Below, piece after piece: positions 44,829-54,408 of a DNA stretch of 60,664 nt (the stretch's first letter is position 1; each line of letters opens with the position of its first letter). Both the position numbers and the translations under genes were made by a program. Under the pieces are notes generated by a model. It saw only the letters and a program-made list of their open reading frames with translations. It made no database searches and was not told where the DNA came from. The stretch spans positions 1 through 60,664 of the forward strand of contig NZ_CADEGK010000005.1 of the NCBI RefSeq assembly GCF_902826855.1. The letters are read 5' to 3'. Source of the DNA: an uncultured Phenylobacterium sp. Lineage in GTDB: Bacteria > Pseudomonadota > Alphaproteobacteria > Caulobacterales > Caulobacteraceae.

Positions 44829-45395
44829 CTAGCCGAGCACCTCGATCTCCGGCCAGCGCGCCTTGGCCCCGGCGGCGACCTTGGCGAAGTTGGCGCTGTT
44901 GCGGTTGGGGTTGCGCCGCAGCCGCATGGCGAACAGGTCCTCCAGGCCGAACGGCGCGTGGATGGTCATCTCATCGCCCCCGCCCAGCCGCACGGCGACC
45001 GCGTGCGCCGGGCTGACGAAGCGCTCCAGGGCCTGCGCGCTGCAGGCCAGGGGCTCGTAGGGCTCGCCGAAGTGACCCTCGAACCAGATGTGCACGCGGG
45101 CCTGATTGCGCACTTCGACCATGTCGCGAAGCGGTGGCTCGAAGGCCGCGGCCACCCGACGGATCACCACGTCCTCGGCATCGTAGGAGAGGTCGGAGGC
45201 GTCGTAGTAGGCCACGTCGTAGTCCTTGATCCCGTAGTCCAGCGGCCGGCCGGTGAGATCGTTGAACACCCGCTGGTAGAGGGCCCCGGAGAAGATCATC
45301 CAGTCCGGCAGATCGAGATCGCGCAGCGTCCTCAGCACGTGCATCAGCGGCTGCGAGCGGCGCAGGATACCCTCCAGCCGCGCTTCGAGGGTCAT
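44829..45395 (-). CDS. Nucleotidyltransferase family protein (DUF925)
   Basis: LPDW...G, GIKDYDVAYYD, EVRNQARVH.W, APFGLEDLF. Confidence 0.88.
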   Translation of the reverse strand: MTLEARLEGILRRSQPLMHVLRTLRDLDLPDWMIFSGALYQRVFNDLTGRPLDYGIKDYDVAYYDASDLSYDAEDVVIRRVAAAFEPPLRDMVEVRNQARVHIWFEGHFGEPYEPLACSAQALERFVSPAHAVAVRLGGGDEMTIHAPFGLEDLFAMRLRRNPNRNSANFAKVAAGAKARWPEIEVLG

Positions 45396-46207
45396 GCGCG
45401 ACCCCTCGCCCTGGCCTCACGCAACGGCCAGCCGTGGTCGAGCGGACCGTGGCCGGCGCCGAAGCCCGGGGCGCGCAGGATTGCTTCGTGCACATAGTCC
45501 CAGGCCCGCGCCACCGCTGCGGTCAGCGGCAGGCCCTGAGCCAGGCCCGCCGCGCAGGCCGAGGCCAGGGTGCAGCCGGTGCCGTGGGTGTGGCGGCTCT
45601 CGATCCGCTCGCCCTCGAAGGCGGTCTCGCCGTCCGGCGTCATCAGCAGGTCGATTACGCGCGGGCCCGGCACATGGCCGCCCTTCATCAACACCGCCCC
45701 GGCGCCGGCCGCCAGCAGGGCCGCTCCGGCGCGGCGCAGGTCGTCGGTGGTCTCGACGGCGAGCCCGGTCAGCGCCGTGGTCTCCGGCGCGTTCGGCGTC
45801 AGCAGGGCCGCACGAGGGATCAACAGCTCGCGCACCGCCGCGACGGCGGCGTCGGCCAGCAGCGAAGCCCCGCCCTTCGCCACCATCACGGGATCGATCA
45901 CGGCGGGGACCGCCGCCTCGTCCAGGAGCTGGGCCACCAACGCGACGGTGGCCGCATCGCCCAGCATGCCGGTCTTGATCGCATCCGCCCCGATATCCGA
46001 GAGCACCGCGCGGGCCTGGGCGGCAATGACGTCGAGCGGGATGGGATGGACGCCGGTGACCCCCAGGGTGTTCTGCACGGTGACGGCCGTGATCGCGGTG
46101 GCCGCGTAGCCGCCGAGCGCTGTCACCGTCTTGACGTCGGCCTGGATTCCCGCGCCGCCGCCGCTGTCGGACCCCGCGATGATCAGGACTCGGCCAAGCG
46201 CATGCAT
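45392..46207 (-). CDS. thiD: Hydroxymethylpyrimidine/phosphomethylpyrimidine kinase
   Basis: IAGSDSGGGAGIQADVK, KTGML, DPVMVA, TPN.PE, HTHGTGCT, GHGPLDH. Confidence 0.95.
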   Translation of the reverse strand: MHALGRVLIIAGSDSGGGAGIQADVKTVTALGGYAATAITAVTVQNTLGVTGVHPIPLDVIAAQARAVLSDIGADAIKTGMLGDAATVALVAQLLDEAAVPAVIDPVMVAKGGASLLADAAVAAVRELLIPRAALLTPNAPETTALTGLAVETTDDLRRAGAALLAAGAGAVLMKGGHVPGPRVIDLLMTPDGETAFEGERIESRHTHGTGCTLASACAAGLAQGLPLTAAVARAWDYVHEAILRAPGFGAGHGPLDHGWPLREARARGRA

Positions 46208-46368
46208 CCGCTGGCGATAGCTTGGGCGGGCGACAATTGCACCGGCTTTGCGCGGGTCCCGGAAACTCGGCCCGCCCTGCGTCGGCCATCTATCCACTCG
46301 GGCGGTTGCCGGCGCCGGCCGCGTCACCGTAACTAGGCCTTCAGGGTGGCGGAGGGCGGGCGACTAGG

Positions 46369-47808
46369 ATGGTCTTCAGCTCGATCGTCTTCATCTTCTA
46401 CTTCCTGCCCGTGTTCCTGGTCGGCTACTACGTGGGCCGATGCCGGACAGGCCTGCTGCTGGCGGGCAGCGCCGCCTTCTACGTCTGGGGCGAAGGCGCC
46501 TACATCCTGCTGCTGGCGGCGCTGATCGGCCTGAACTACGCCGGAGCCCGGATCGTCGCGGCGGCCCGCGCGCCGGGGCGCAGGCGAGCCTTCGCGGCCG
46601 GGCTGATCACCCTCGACCTGGCGGTGCTGGGGCTGTTCAAATACGCCGGCTTCGTCGCGGCGAACCTGAACGCGATCCTGCCGGGCTCACCCCTTCCGGA
46701 GATCGCTCTCGCCCTGCCGCTGGGGATCTCCTTCTTCACGTTCCAGCTGATCAGCTACGTCCTCGACGTCCACTGGAAGCGGGTCGAGGTGGAGAAGGAC
46801 GCCGCCCGCTTCGCCGCCTATATTCTGATGTTCCCGCACCTGATCGCCGGGCCGATCGTGCGGTTCGCCGCAATCCGCGACGAATTGCACGCCGACCGAC
46901 GCCAGACGCGACGGTTGGGCCTGGGCATCCAGTATTTCATCGTCGGCCTCTGCCAGAAGGTGCTGGTGGCCAATTCGGTCGCGCCGCTTGCCGACCACGC
47001 CTTCGGCCTACCGGTGGCGGCCCTGGATCCCGCCACGGCCTGGGTTGGCGCCCTCAGCTACACGCTGCAGATCTATTTCGACTTCTGCGGCTATTCGAAC
47101 ATGGCGATCGGGCTCGCCTTCATGCTGGGCTTCACCTTCCCGAAGAACTTCGACTACCCGTACGCCGCAGCCTCGATCACCGAGTTCTGGCGGCGCTGGC
47201 ACATGAGCCTGTCGTCCTGGTTCCGGGACTACGTCTACATCCCGCTTGGCGGCAATCGCGAGGGGGCCGCGAAGACCTTCCGGAACCTGCTGGTGGTGTT
47301 CCTGCTCACCGGCGTCTGGCATGGAGCGGCCTGGACCTTCGTGGTCTGGGGTCTCTTCCATGGCGGATTCCTCCTCCTGGAGCGAGCGGGCCTGGGTCGG
47401 CTCCTGGCCCGGGCGCCACGGCCGATAGGCCACCTCTATGCGCTCCTGGTGGTGATGGCCGGCTGGGTGCTGTTCCGGGCCGATACCCTGCCCCAGGCGG
47501 TTGGCTACCTGGCGGCGATGACGCGGCTGGGCCAGATGGCCCTCCCGCCGGTGGACCTGCTGGTCCTGCTGAACAACGAACGCCTCGCGGCGATCGCCGC
47601 CGGGCTGGTGTTCGCCGTCCCGACCCTGCCCTGGCTGCTCGATCGTCTGCGCACTCAGCGGCTGACAGCCGCGGCTTCGCTGGAGCCGCGGCTAGACACC
47701 CAGGGGGTTCACGTCCTTTCGACGCCGCTGCTGCTCGGTGGGCTGTTGCTCAGCGTGGCGGTCCTGGCCGGTACGACGCTCAACCCCTTCCTCTACTTCA
47801 GGTTCTGA
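46369..47808 (+). CDS. MBOAT family O-acyltransferase (AlgI/PatA-like)
   Basis: MVFSS..F..YFLP, PLGISFFTFQ, FPHLIAGPIVR, QIYFDFCGYS, FWRRWHMSLS, G.WHGA, NPFLYFRF. Confidence 0.93.
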   Translation: MVFSSIVFIFYFLPVFLVGYYVGRCRTGLLLAGSAAFYVWGEGAYILLLAALIGLNYAGARIVAAARAPGRRRAFAAGLITLDLAVLGLFKYAGFVAANLNAILPGSPLPEIALALPLGISFFTFQLISYVLDVHWKRVEVEKDAARFAAYILMFPHLIAGPIVRFAAIRDELHADRRQTRRLGLGIQYFIVGLCQKVLVANSVAPLADHAFGLPVAALDPATAWVGALSYTLQIYFDFCGYSNMAIGLAFMLGFTFPKNFDYPYAAASITEFWRRWHMSLSSWFRDYVYIPLGGNREGAAKTFRNLLVVFLLTGVWHGAAWTFVVWGLFHGGFLLLERAGLGRLLARAPRPIGHLYALLVVMAGWVLFRADTLPQAVGYLAAMTRLGQMALPPVDLLVLLNNERLAAIAAGLVFAVPTLPWLLDRLRTQRLTAAASLEPRLDTQGVHVLSTPLLLGGLLLSVAVLAGTTLNPFLYFRF

Positions 47809-49475
47809 TGACCCGGCTTCGCGCGCATTGGGGGCGGCTGATCGCGGCGAGCGTCACCGTCCTGGCCGCGGCGTTCGTGGCGCCGCGGTTGGTCCCGGCG
47901 CCGGCGCTGACTGAGAACCGGGCTCTGGCCGGGCTGCCCACCCCGCCCGCAGGCCTCGCGGGCCTCGCCGAGTACCGCCGCGCCATGGACGCCTATGTGG
48001 CCGACCATTTCCCGCCCCGCGCGCACCTCATCGGAGCGCTGAACCGGCTGCGGCTCAGCGCGGGAGTTTCGGGCTCGCCGCGGGTGCTGGTCGGGCGCGA
48101 GGGCTGGCTGTTCCCCGACGACGGCTCCCACCTGGGCGCGGCGCGAGGCGATCCGCCGATGAGCGATGCGCAGGCGCAGGGCTGGCTGGCGGCGCTGGCC
48201 GGGCGGACCGAGGCGCTGGGCGCTGACGGCAAGGCCTACTTCATCCTGGTCCCGCCGACGAAGGCCGCGCAGGTCCCCCAGCGCGCGCCCTGGTGGTTCG
48301 CCCTGGACCGCAACCGCCCGGCGGTCACGCTCGCCCGCCTCGCCGAGGCGTCAAAGGCCGGCACGGTCCTGTACCTGGAAGGCGCCCTGGCGCGGCCGAC
48401 GCTTTGGGGCCTGAAGACCTTCAGCGCGCACGACAGCCACTGGACCGGGCCGGGAGCCTATCTCGGCTACGTGGCCTTCATGCGCACGATGCACGCCCAG
48501 GGCCTGACGGCTGAAGGGCCGCGGCCGGTGGAGGACTTCAGCGACACACGTATCCGAGAGCTCAACCGGCCGCGGGACCTGGCGCTGATGCTGGGCGTGG
48601 CCAGCTTCGTGGACGTGGACTACCCGGAACTCTCCGACCCGTTCGCCGAGGAAGCCATCCAGGTTACCTACCTCACCGCGAGGCGGCACTGGACCGGCGC
48701 CCGCGTGATCGACACCGGACAGGCGGGCAAGCCGGTGCTGCTGATCACCGTCGATTCCTTCTCCAACGCCTTCCTTCCGTTCCTCTATGGCCATTTCAGC
48801 CGCATCGTCGTGGCCCATGTCGCCGAGGGGCCGTGGAGGCCGGACCTGATCGCGCGATTCGACCCGGACGTCGTCGTCACCGAGGTGATGGAGGCAGGCT
48901 TGCTGAGCGTGATGAGTGTTGCTCCGCCCGCCTCCCCGGACGCGATGGCGCGCATCCGCGGCGCCGTGGGGCAGCGCGAGCGCTTCGCCGCCGCCCCAGC
49001 CGACGCGAGCCGCCGCACGGCGTTCCACTATCAGGTCGGCACGGACGGACCCGACCGGCTCCGCGGCGGCCGCGACAGCGACGCCATCCAGGCTGGCCCC
49101 GGGGACGACCTGATCGAGGGCCTGGGAGGGCTGGATGAGCTTCGCGGCGGCCGCGGCGATGATCGGGTCGACGGTGGCGATGGCGACGATTGGGTCTCGG
49201 GTGACCGGGGCGACGACGTGCTGACGGGTGGGCGGGGGGGAGACACGTTCTACGGCTTCGCAGGCTGCGGAAGCGACGTGGTCACCGACTTCTTCGCCGA
49301 GGAGGGCGACCGCGTCGAGCTCGAGGCCGGGACAGCGCACACGGTGCGCCAGGTGGGCGCGGATACCGTGGTGGAGATGACCGGCGGGCGGCTGATCCTG
49401 AAGGGCGTGACGGCCGCGGCCCTGCCGCGCGGCTGGCTCCGCACCAAACGCCTCGTGCTGGCGCAGCCCTCCTGA
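47808..49475 (+). CDS. AlgJ/AlgX-type O-acetyltransferase fused to C-terminal RTX Ca2+-binding repeats
   Basis: TGATG-coupled to the MBOAT; N-terminal TM, ENR.LA, G.EGWLF, DSHW (DxH), DSFS; then repeated GG.GDD nonapeptides and a D...DF..GDR tail. Confidence 0.82.
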   Translation: MTRLRAHWGRLIAASVTVLAAAFVAPRLVPAPALTENRALAGLPTPPAGLAGLAEYRRAMDAYVADHFPPRAHLIGALNRLRLSAGVSGSPRVLVGREGWLFPDDGSHLGAARGDPPMSDAQAQGWLAALAGRTEALGADGKAYFILVPPTKAAQVPQRAPWWFALDRNRPAVTLARLAEASKAGTVLYLEGALARPTLWGLKTFSAHDSHWTGPGAYLGYVAFMRTMHAQGLTAEGPRPVEDFSDTRIRELNRPRDLALMLGVASFVDVDYPELSDPFAEEAIQVTYLTARRHWTGARVIDTGQAGKPVLLITVDSFSNAFLPFLYGHFSRIVVAHVAEGPWRPDLIARFDPDVVVTEVMEAGLLSVMSVAPPASPDAMARIRGAVGQRERFAAAPADASRRTAFHYQVGTDGPDRLRGGRDSDAIQAGPGDDLIEGLGGLDELRGGRGDDRVDGGDGDDWVSGDRGDDVLTGGRGGDTFYGFAGCGSDVVTDFFAEEGDRVELEAGTAHTVRQVGADTVVEMTGGRLILKGVTAAALPRGWLRTKRLVLAQPS

Positions 49476-49514
49476 AGGCCCTATGTGCGGACGGTCAAAA
49501 GCCGAGGTTTCCGC

Positions 49515-50462
49515 ATGTCCCTGAAGGTCGCCGTCCAGATGGACCCCATCGAGGGAATCAATATCGAGGGCGACACCACCTTCCTGATGATGGAGACGGC
49601 CCAGGCGCGCGGGCACTCGCTGTTCGTCTATCTCACCGAAAGCCTGGCGATGGAGGACGGCCGCGTCTTCGCCCGCGGCCGCGACGTGACAGTGAAGCGG
49701 GTGAAGGGCGACCATGTTAAGGCGGGGCCCGTGCGGCAGGTCGAGCTCGCCGGCTTCGACGTGGTGCTGATGCGCCAGGATCCGCCTTTCGACATGCGCT
49801 ACATCGACGCCACCTTCTTCCTGGAGGCGATCCATCCCGCCACCCTGGTGGTGAACAATCCGTCCGAGGTGCGCAGCGCGCCGGAGAAGCTGTTCGTCAC
49901 CAAGTTCCCCGACCTGCAGCCGCCCACCCTGATCACCTGGGACCGCGAGGCGATCCGCGACTTCCGCGCCCGTCACGGCGACGTGGTGCTGAAGCCCCTG
50001 AACGGCCGCGGCGGCTCTGGCGTCACCCGCCACCTGGTCGACGACCCGAACATGAGCGCGCTGCTGGAGATCCACGCCGAACTCGGGCCCGAGCCGGTGA
50101 TCGTGCAGAAGTTCCTGCCCTCGGTGACCAAGGGCGACAAGCGCATCCTGCTGATCGACGGAGAGCCGGTGGGCGCCATCAACCGGGTGCCGGAGAAGGG
50201 CCAGATCCGCTCCAACATGGCGGTGGGCGGCACGCCCGAGCCCATCGAGTTGTCTGCGCGGGACCGGGAAATCTGCGCGCGCATCGGGCCGGAGTTGAAG
50301 GCCCGCGGCCTGATCTTCGTCGGCATCGACGTGATCGGCGATCACCTGACTGAGATCAACGTCACCTCGCCGACCGGCGCGGTGGCGCTCAAGCGTTTCA
50401 CGGGCATCGATGCCAGCGAGGTGATGTGGCAGCGGATTGAAGCGCTTCGGGCCGGGGCCTAG
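49515..50462 (+). CDS. gshB: Glutathione synthetase
   Basis: [45 protein letters not shown]. Confidence 0.96.
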   Translation: MSLKVAVQMDPIEGINIEGDTTFLMMETAQARGHSLFVYLTESLAMEDGRVFARGRDVTVKRVKGDHVKAGPVRQVELAGFDVVLMRQDPPFDMRYIDATFFLEAIHPATLVVNNPSEVRSAPEKLFVTKFPDLQPPTLITWDREAIRDFRARHGDVVLKPLNGRGGSGVTRHLVDDPNMSALLEIHAELGPEPVIVQKFLPSVTKGDKRILLIDGEPVGAINRVPEKGQIRSNMAVGGTPEPIELSARDREICARIGPELKARGLIFVGIDVIGDHLTEINVTSPTGAVALKRFTGIDASEVMWQRIEALRAGA

Positions 50463-50515
50463 ACTGTCGTCCAAGAGACGTTCAGAAGTCACGGAAACGT
50501 CTAGGTTTCCCCAAA

Positions 50516-50530
50516 GTTCATCATTTGTTC
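50516..50530. promoter_or_regulatory. LexA (SOS) box, alphaproteobacterial type
   Basis: GTTC-ATCATTT-GTTC, exact GTTC-N7-GTTC, 65 nt upstream of comM. Confidence 0.85.
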
Positions 50531-50559
50531 TTGATCTGAGCGCCGCTGCGTGGCAGCGT

Positions 50560-50568
50560 TGTGGATAA
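50560..50568. promoter_or_regulatory. DnaA-box 9-mer
   Basis: TGTGGATAA = reverse complement of TTATCCACA, in the comM leader. Confidence 0.45.
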
Positions 50569-50595
50569 CTTGTTGTCTGGACCTTAGGGGTAGGT

Positions 50596-52152
50596 ATGGC
50601 GGCTCGGGTGGTGACCCTGGCGTTTCGGGGCGTTGAGGCGGTCCGCGTCGACGTCCAGGTGCAGTTCACTCGCGGCGAGTCGAAATTCTTCCTCGTGGGC
50701 ATGGGCGACAAGGCCGTCTCGGAGAGCCGGGAGCGCGTGCGCGGGGCCTTCATGGGCCTGGGCCTGGCGCTTCCCTCCAAGCGCATCATCGCCAACCTCG
50801 CGCCGGCCGACCTGCCCAAGGAAGGCAGCCACTACGACCTGCCGATCGCGCTGGCGATCATGGCGGGCATGGGCATCATTCCGCCGGATGCGCTGGAGGA
50901 GTGGGCGGCGATCGGCGAGCTTGCGCTGGATGGGCGGATCACGCCGGTGGCCGGGGCGCTGCCCGCGGCGGTCGCCGCCGGCGCGCTGGGCCTGGGGCTG
51001 ATCTGCCCGGAGGCCTGCGGGCCCGAGGCGGCCTGGGCCGGCGAGACTCGGGTGCTGGCCGCGCCGTCGCTGATCGCGCTCGTCAACCACTTCCGCGGCG
51101 CCCAGGTGCTGGCGCCGCCGAAGCCCGGCGAGATGCTGGAGGCCGGACGGGTTCCCGACCTGCGCGACGTGAAGGGCCAGGAGAACGCCAAGCGGGCGCT
51201 GGAGATCGCCGCGGCAGGCGGCCACAACCTCTCGTTCATCGGCCCGCCGGGATCGGGCAAATCGATGATGGCGGCGCGCCTGCCGGGGATCCTGCCGCCC
51301 CTCACGCCGGAGGAGTTGCTCGAGACGTCCATGATCCACTCGGTGGCCGGGCTGATCGCCAAGGGTCAGCTCACCCGCGCCCGGCCGTTCCGCAGCCCGC
51401 ACCACTCCGCCAGCATGGCTGCGCTCACCGGCGGCGGCCTGAAGGCCAAGCCCGGCGAGGTCAGCCTGGCGCACAACGGGGTGCTGTTTCTCGACGAGCT
51501 ACCGGAGTTCGGGACCCAGGCGCTGGACAGCCTGCGCCAGCCGCTCGAAACCGGCGAGGTGGTGGTGGCGCGCGCCAACGCCCACGTCCGCTATCCTTCG
51601 CGCTTCCAGCTGGTGGCGGCGATGAACCCTTGCCGCTGCGGCCTCGGCGGCGCGGGGCGCGGCGCATGCGGACGGGCGCCGCGGTGCCAAACTGACTACC
51701 AGGGCCGCATCTCCGGCCCGCTGATGGACCGCATCGATCTGCAGGTGGAGGTCCCGCCGGTCACCGCCGCCGACCTGGCCCTGCCCGCCCCCAGCGAAGG
51801 CACCGCCGAGGCGTCCGCGCGGGTCACCGCCGCACGGCGGCTGCAGGCGGAGCGCGCCGCCCAGGCCGGAGATGGCGTCCCGCTGCTGAATTCCCTGGCC
51901 GAGGGCGACTGGCTGGAGACCATCGCCGACCTCGACCCGCCCGCCCGGGCGCTGCTGTCGCGCGCCGCCGAGGCCGGTGGCCTCTCGGCCCGTGGCTGGA
52001 CCCGCACCCTTCGCCTGGCCCGCACCATCGCCGACCTGGAGGGGACTGGTCCGGTTCGCCGCATCCACGTGGCCGAGGCGCTGATCTACCGCCGGATCGC
52101 CCCCGGGTCCTCGATGGGCGGTCCGATTGGGTCACCTGCGCTCACCGCATAG
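50596..52152 (+). CDS. comM: YifB/ComM family Mg-chelatase-like AAA+ ATPase
   Basis: ESRERV, NLAPADLPKEGSHYDLPIA, GPPGSGKS, PHHSAS, LAHNGVLFLDE, AMNPC.CG, SGPLMDRID. Confidence 0.93.
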   Translation: MAARVVTLAFRGVEAVRVDVQVQFTRGESKFFLVGMGDKAVSESRERVRGAFMGLGLALPSKRIIANLAPADLPKEGSHYDLPIALAIMAGMGIIPPDALEEWAAIGELALDGRITPVAGALPAAVAAGALGLGLICPEACGPEAAWAGETRVLAAPSLIALVNHFRGAQVLAPPKPGEMLEAGRVPDLRDVKGQENAKRALEIAAAGGHNLSFIGPPGSGKSMMAARLPGILPPLTPEELLETSMIHSVAGLIAKGQLTRARPFRSPHHSASMAALTGGGLKAKPGEVSLAHNGVLFLDELPEFGTQALDSLRQPLETGEVVVARANAHVRYPSRFQLVAAMNPCRCGLGGAGRGACGRAPRCQTDYQGRISGPLMDRIDLQVEVPPVTAADLALPAPSEGTAEASARVTAARRLQAERAAQAGDGVPLLNSLAEGDWLETIADLDPPARALLSRAAEAGGLSARGWTRTLRLARTIADLEGTGPVRRIHVAEALIYRRIAPGSSMGGPIGSPALTA

Positions 52153-52289
52153 CAAGTCGTGGTTCGGGCCACTGGCGGAGCTTCCGGCGAGCCCGGATTG
52201 GTCACGCGTCGTGCAGCACGCGCCGCACACGGCAGACCGGCTCGTTCACCACACCTCCGCCATCCGCTGTCGTGCCTGCTGGCTCCGGC

Positions 52290-53285
52290 TCAGGCCTCCG
52301 CGGCTGGCGTCAGCGGGCGCGAGGCTACGCCTCGCAGACTTGAGAGGCGATCGATCTCGCCCCAGAACTCGGCGACCGTGTCGCGCACGATGTCGCCCGC
52401 CGGCTTGACCTTGTCGATCAGCACGGCGCTCTCGCCGCATCCGACCAGCGCCAGGTCGGTGCGGCCCTCGTAGAACAGCTTCATCGCGTCCCCCGCGTAG
52501 GGGTTGGACTTGTCGCCGGCTTCACCGCGGGCGACGGCTTCGGAGAAGGTATTGCGGACCGCGCGCATCTTCGGGATGAGCCGCGAACCGATGTCGATGC
52601 TGATGACCTCGTCCGCCTCGACGATGGCCTGCTTGTAGTTGTCATGCCAGGGGCACTCTTCCGAGGCGATGAAGCGGGTGCCCATCCACACGCCCTCGGC
52701 GCCCAGCGCGAAGGCCGCGGCCATGCCGTAGCCGTCGACGATGCCGCCGGTCGCCACAATGGGGATCGAGAGGCGTTTGCGGGCCTGCTGGAGCAGGGCG
52801 AAGGTGTGGAGGTTGTCGGCGCCGTTGCCGCCGCCTTTCTCCGCCCCGCCCAGAACGACGCCGTCAACGCCGGCGTCCTCCGCGCGTAGGGCCTCCTCCA
52901 GCGTCTCGGTCAGGTGGTAGGTGACCGCGCCGGCGTCCTTGATACGCTTGATGTAGCGCGTGGGGTCTCCGTAACCGGTGGTGATCAACTTGGTCCGGCC
53001 GTCCAGCGCCCAGTCCAGAGCCGCTTTCTCCTGTTCCGGGCGCCGCTCCAGGGCCGCGATCAGGAAGTGCAGGCCGAAGGGCCGGTTGGAGCGGTCGCGG
53101 ACGATGTCGAACTCGGCCTGCAGCTGGGGGATCGGCAGCGAGCCGGTCTCCAGGAGGCCTACGCCCCCCGCCGCCGAGACGGCCCCCACCAGGGCGCCGC
53201 GGGAGATCAGGCCGATAGGCGCCTGGAAGACGGGGAACTCGGTCCCCGTATGCCGGGTGACCCGGTTGCCCTCGAACGAATGCAT
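52290..53285 (-). CDS. Nitronate monooxygenase-family FMN oxidoreductase
   Basis: QAP.G, AVS.AGG.G, A..AGVDG, G.E.GG, ATGGIVDG, LGAEGVWMGTRF. Confidence 0.88.
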   Translation of the reverse strand: MHSFEGNRVTRHTGTEFPVFQAPIGLISRGALVGAVSAAGGVGLLETGSLPIPQLQAEFDIVRDRSNRPFGLHFLIAALERRPEQEKAALDWALDGRTKLITTGYGDPTRYIKRIKDAGAVTYHLTETLEEALRAEDAGVDGVVLGGAEKGGGNGADNLHTFALLQQARKRLSIPIVATGGIVDGYGMAAAFALGAEGVWMGTRFIASEECPWHDNYKQAIVEADEVISIDIGSRLIPKMRAVRNTFSEAVARGEAGDKSNPYAGDAMKLFYEGRTDLALVGCGESAVLIDKVKPAGDIVRDTVAEFWGEIDRLSSLRGVASRPLTPAAEA

Positions 53286-53397
53286 CTTGCCTGCTTCCCC
53301 TTGGGGCGCGCCCCCGGCGCCCGCCTTGGGGCGCCCGCGGTTTGCATCTTTGGGTATGGCCGCCAGGGCAATCAACGGCCAATTGAAGCGCCACTGG

Positions 53398-53871
53398 CTA
53401 GCGGGCTGGGGCCCCGGCTGCGGCGTGCCGATCGACGGCCTCGATCTCCGCGTAGCGCCGTGGCGCCGTCCAAGCGCCGTAGCCGATGGTGAGAAGCCCG
53501 AGAAAGCCCCAGATCAGGGCAGCTGTCAGATAGGCCCAGCCGCTGATCGTAGAATCCACCACCCGTCCCAGGTGGGTGACCACGACGAGCACCTGGAAGG
53601 CCGCAACGAAGAGTGGCCAGTAGCGGCCGCTGCGCAACGCCAACCAAAGATAGAGGCCCAGCAGGGCAACGTCGACGACAAGCATTCCCCACTGCGTCGC
53701 GCCACTGGCCGTCCCACCGGACATGCGAACGACGACCATCGTGAACGCCCAGTTGGCGAGCAGGCCGCCAGCCGCCAGCCGCTCGTCGTCACGACCGCGC
53801 CACACCGCAAGCGCGCAGACCGCCATGAGCGCCGTCGGCCAGATCCAGTGCGGAAGCTGATAGGCGGACAA
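53398..53871 (-). CDS. Hypothetical multi-pass membrane protein
   Basis: Five hydrophobic helices; WRG...ER, D..LL, S.RYWP...AFQ..H motifs; TTG start without an obvious RBS. Confidence 0.8.
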   Translation of the reverse strand: MSAYQLPHWIWPTALMAVCALAVWRGRDDERLAAGGLLANWAFTMVVVRMSGGTASGATQWGMLVVDVALLGLYLWLALRSGRYWPLFVAAFQVLVVVTHLGRVVDSTISGWAYLTAALIWGFLGLLTIGYGAWTAPRRYAEIEAVDRHAAAGAPAR

Positions 53872-53876
53872 GAGAA

Positions 53877-53905
53877 AGGCCCCCGGGAAGGTTTCCCGAG
53901 GGCCC
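53877..53905 (-). terminator. Terminator-like hairpin directly before the membrane-protein start
   Basis: Minus strand GGGCCCUCGGGAA-ACC-UUCCCGGGGGCCU then UUCUCUUG; that UUG is the next start codon. Confidence 0.6.
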
Positions 53906-53943
53906 AGCCTGTCAGACTTGAGCGCGTAAAGAAAGCTGAGCGG

Positions 53944-54312
53944 TCAGGCCGCGCGGACGGCGCGGATCTGGCGCATCTGATGTTCGCCCGCGCGCTCGAT
54001 GGGCGCCGGCTTCGTCGTCATGGGGTCGCCGTTCAGCTTCACCGCGCCGAGGCCGATCTGGCCCTGGACGATGCTGAGTTCCTTGTGGGTCTCCACGATG
54101 GCGCGGCGGGCCTCAGCGAGCGCAAGGATGGCGGCGCTGGCGCGCTCCAGGGCGTCCTGTCCAATCAGGGCCGAGGCGCCGGCCTGCTGGCGCAGCTGCG
54201 GCATCATGCCGGTGAGATGTGCGGTCTTGCTGAGGGCGGCGTCGATCGCAGCTTCGGCGTCCCAGAGGGCGCCAGCAACCTGCTCGGCGACCATGCGGCG
54301 TTCTTTGAGCAT
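53944..54312 (-). CDS. Hypothetical helical protein (MLKERR... type)
   Basis: GGAGAG RBS; AE.AID.AL...GQ.AL...AR..IV..H..L amphipathic pattern; host-like codons. Confidence 0.85.
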   Translation of the reverse strand: MLKERRMVAEQVAGALWDAEAAIDAALSKTAHLTGMMPQLRQQAGASALIGQDALERASAAILALAEARRAIVETHKELSIVQGQIGLGAVKLNGDPMTTKPAPIERAGEHQMRQIRAVRAA

Positions 54313-54391
54313 AAGTTCTCTCCATGCGCGGCGGGGGTCCCGCGCGCTCTAAGGTTTCAATTGCTGGGTTTCCGGACCGTTGAGGTCCTTG

Positions 54392-54408
54392 GTTAACGGG
54401 GCCTAAAC
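54392..54408. promoter_or_regulatory. CtrA-box-like site upstream of the 122-aa gene
   Basis: Minus strand GTTTA-GGCCCCG-TTAAC, one mismatch to TTAA-N7-TTAAC. Confidence 0.55.

Noticed and set aside
43906-45395. EVE-domain plus nucleotidyltransferase genes as a defence or TA system
   Set aside because: Standalone EVE and DUF925 genes are common, no nuclease or HEPN partner is present, and DUF925 is coupled to thiD
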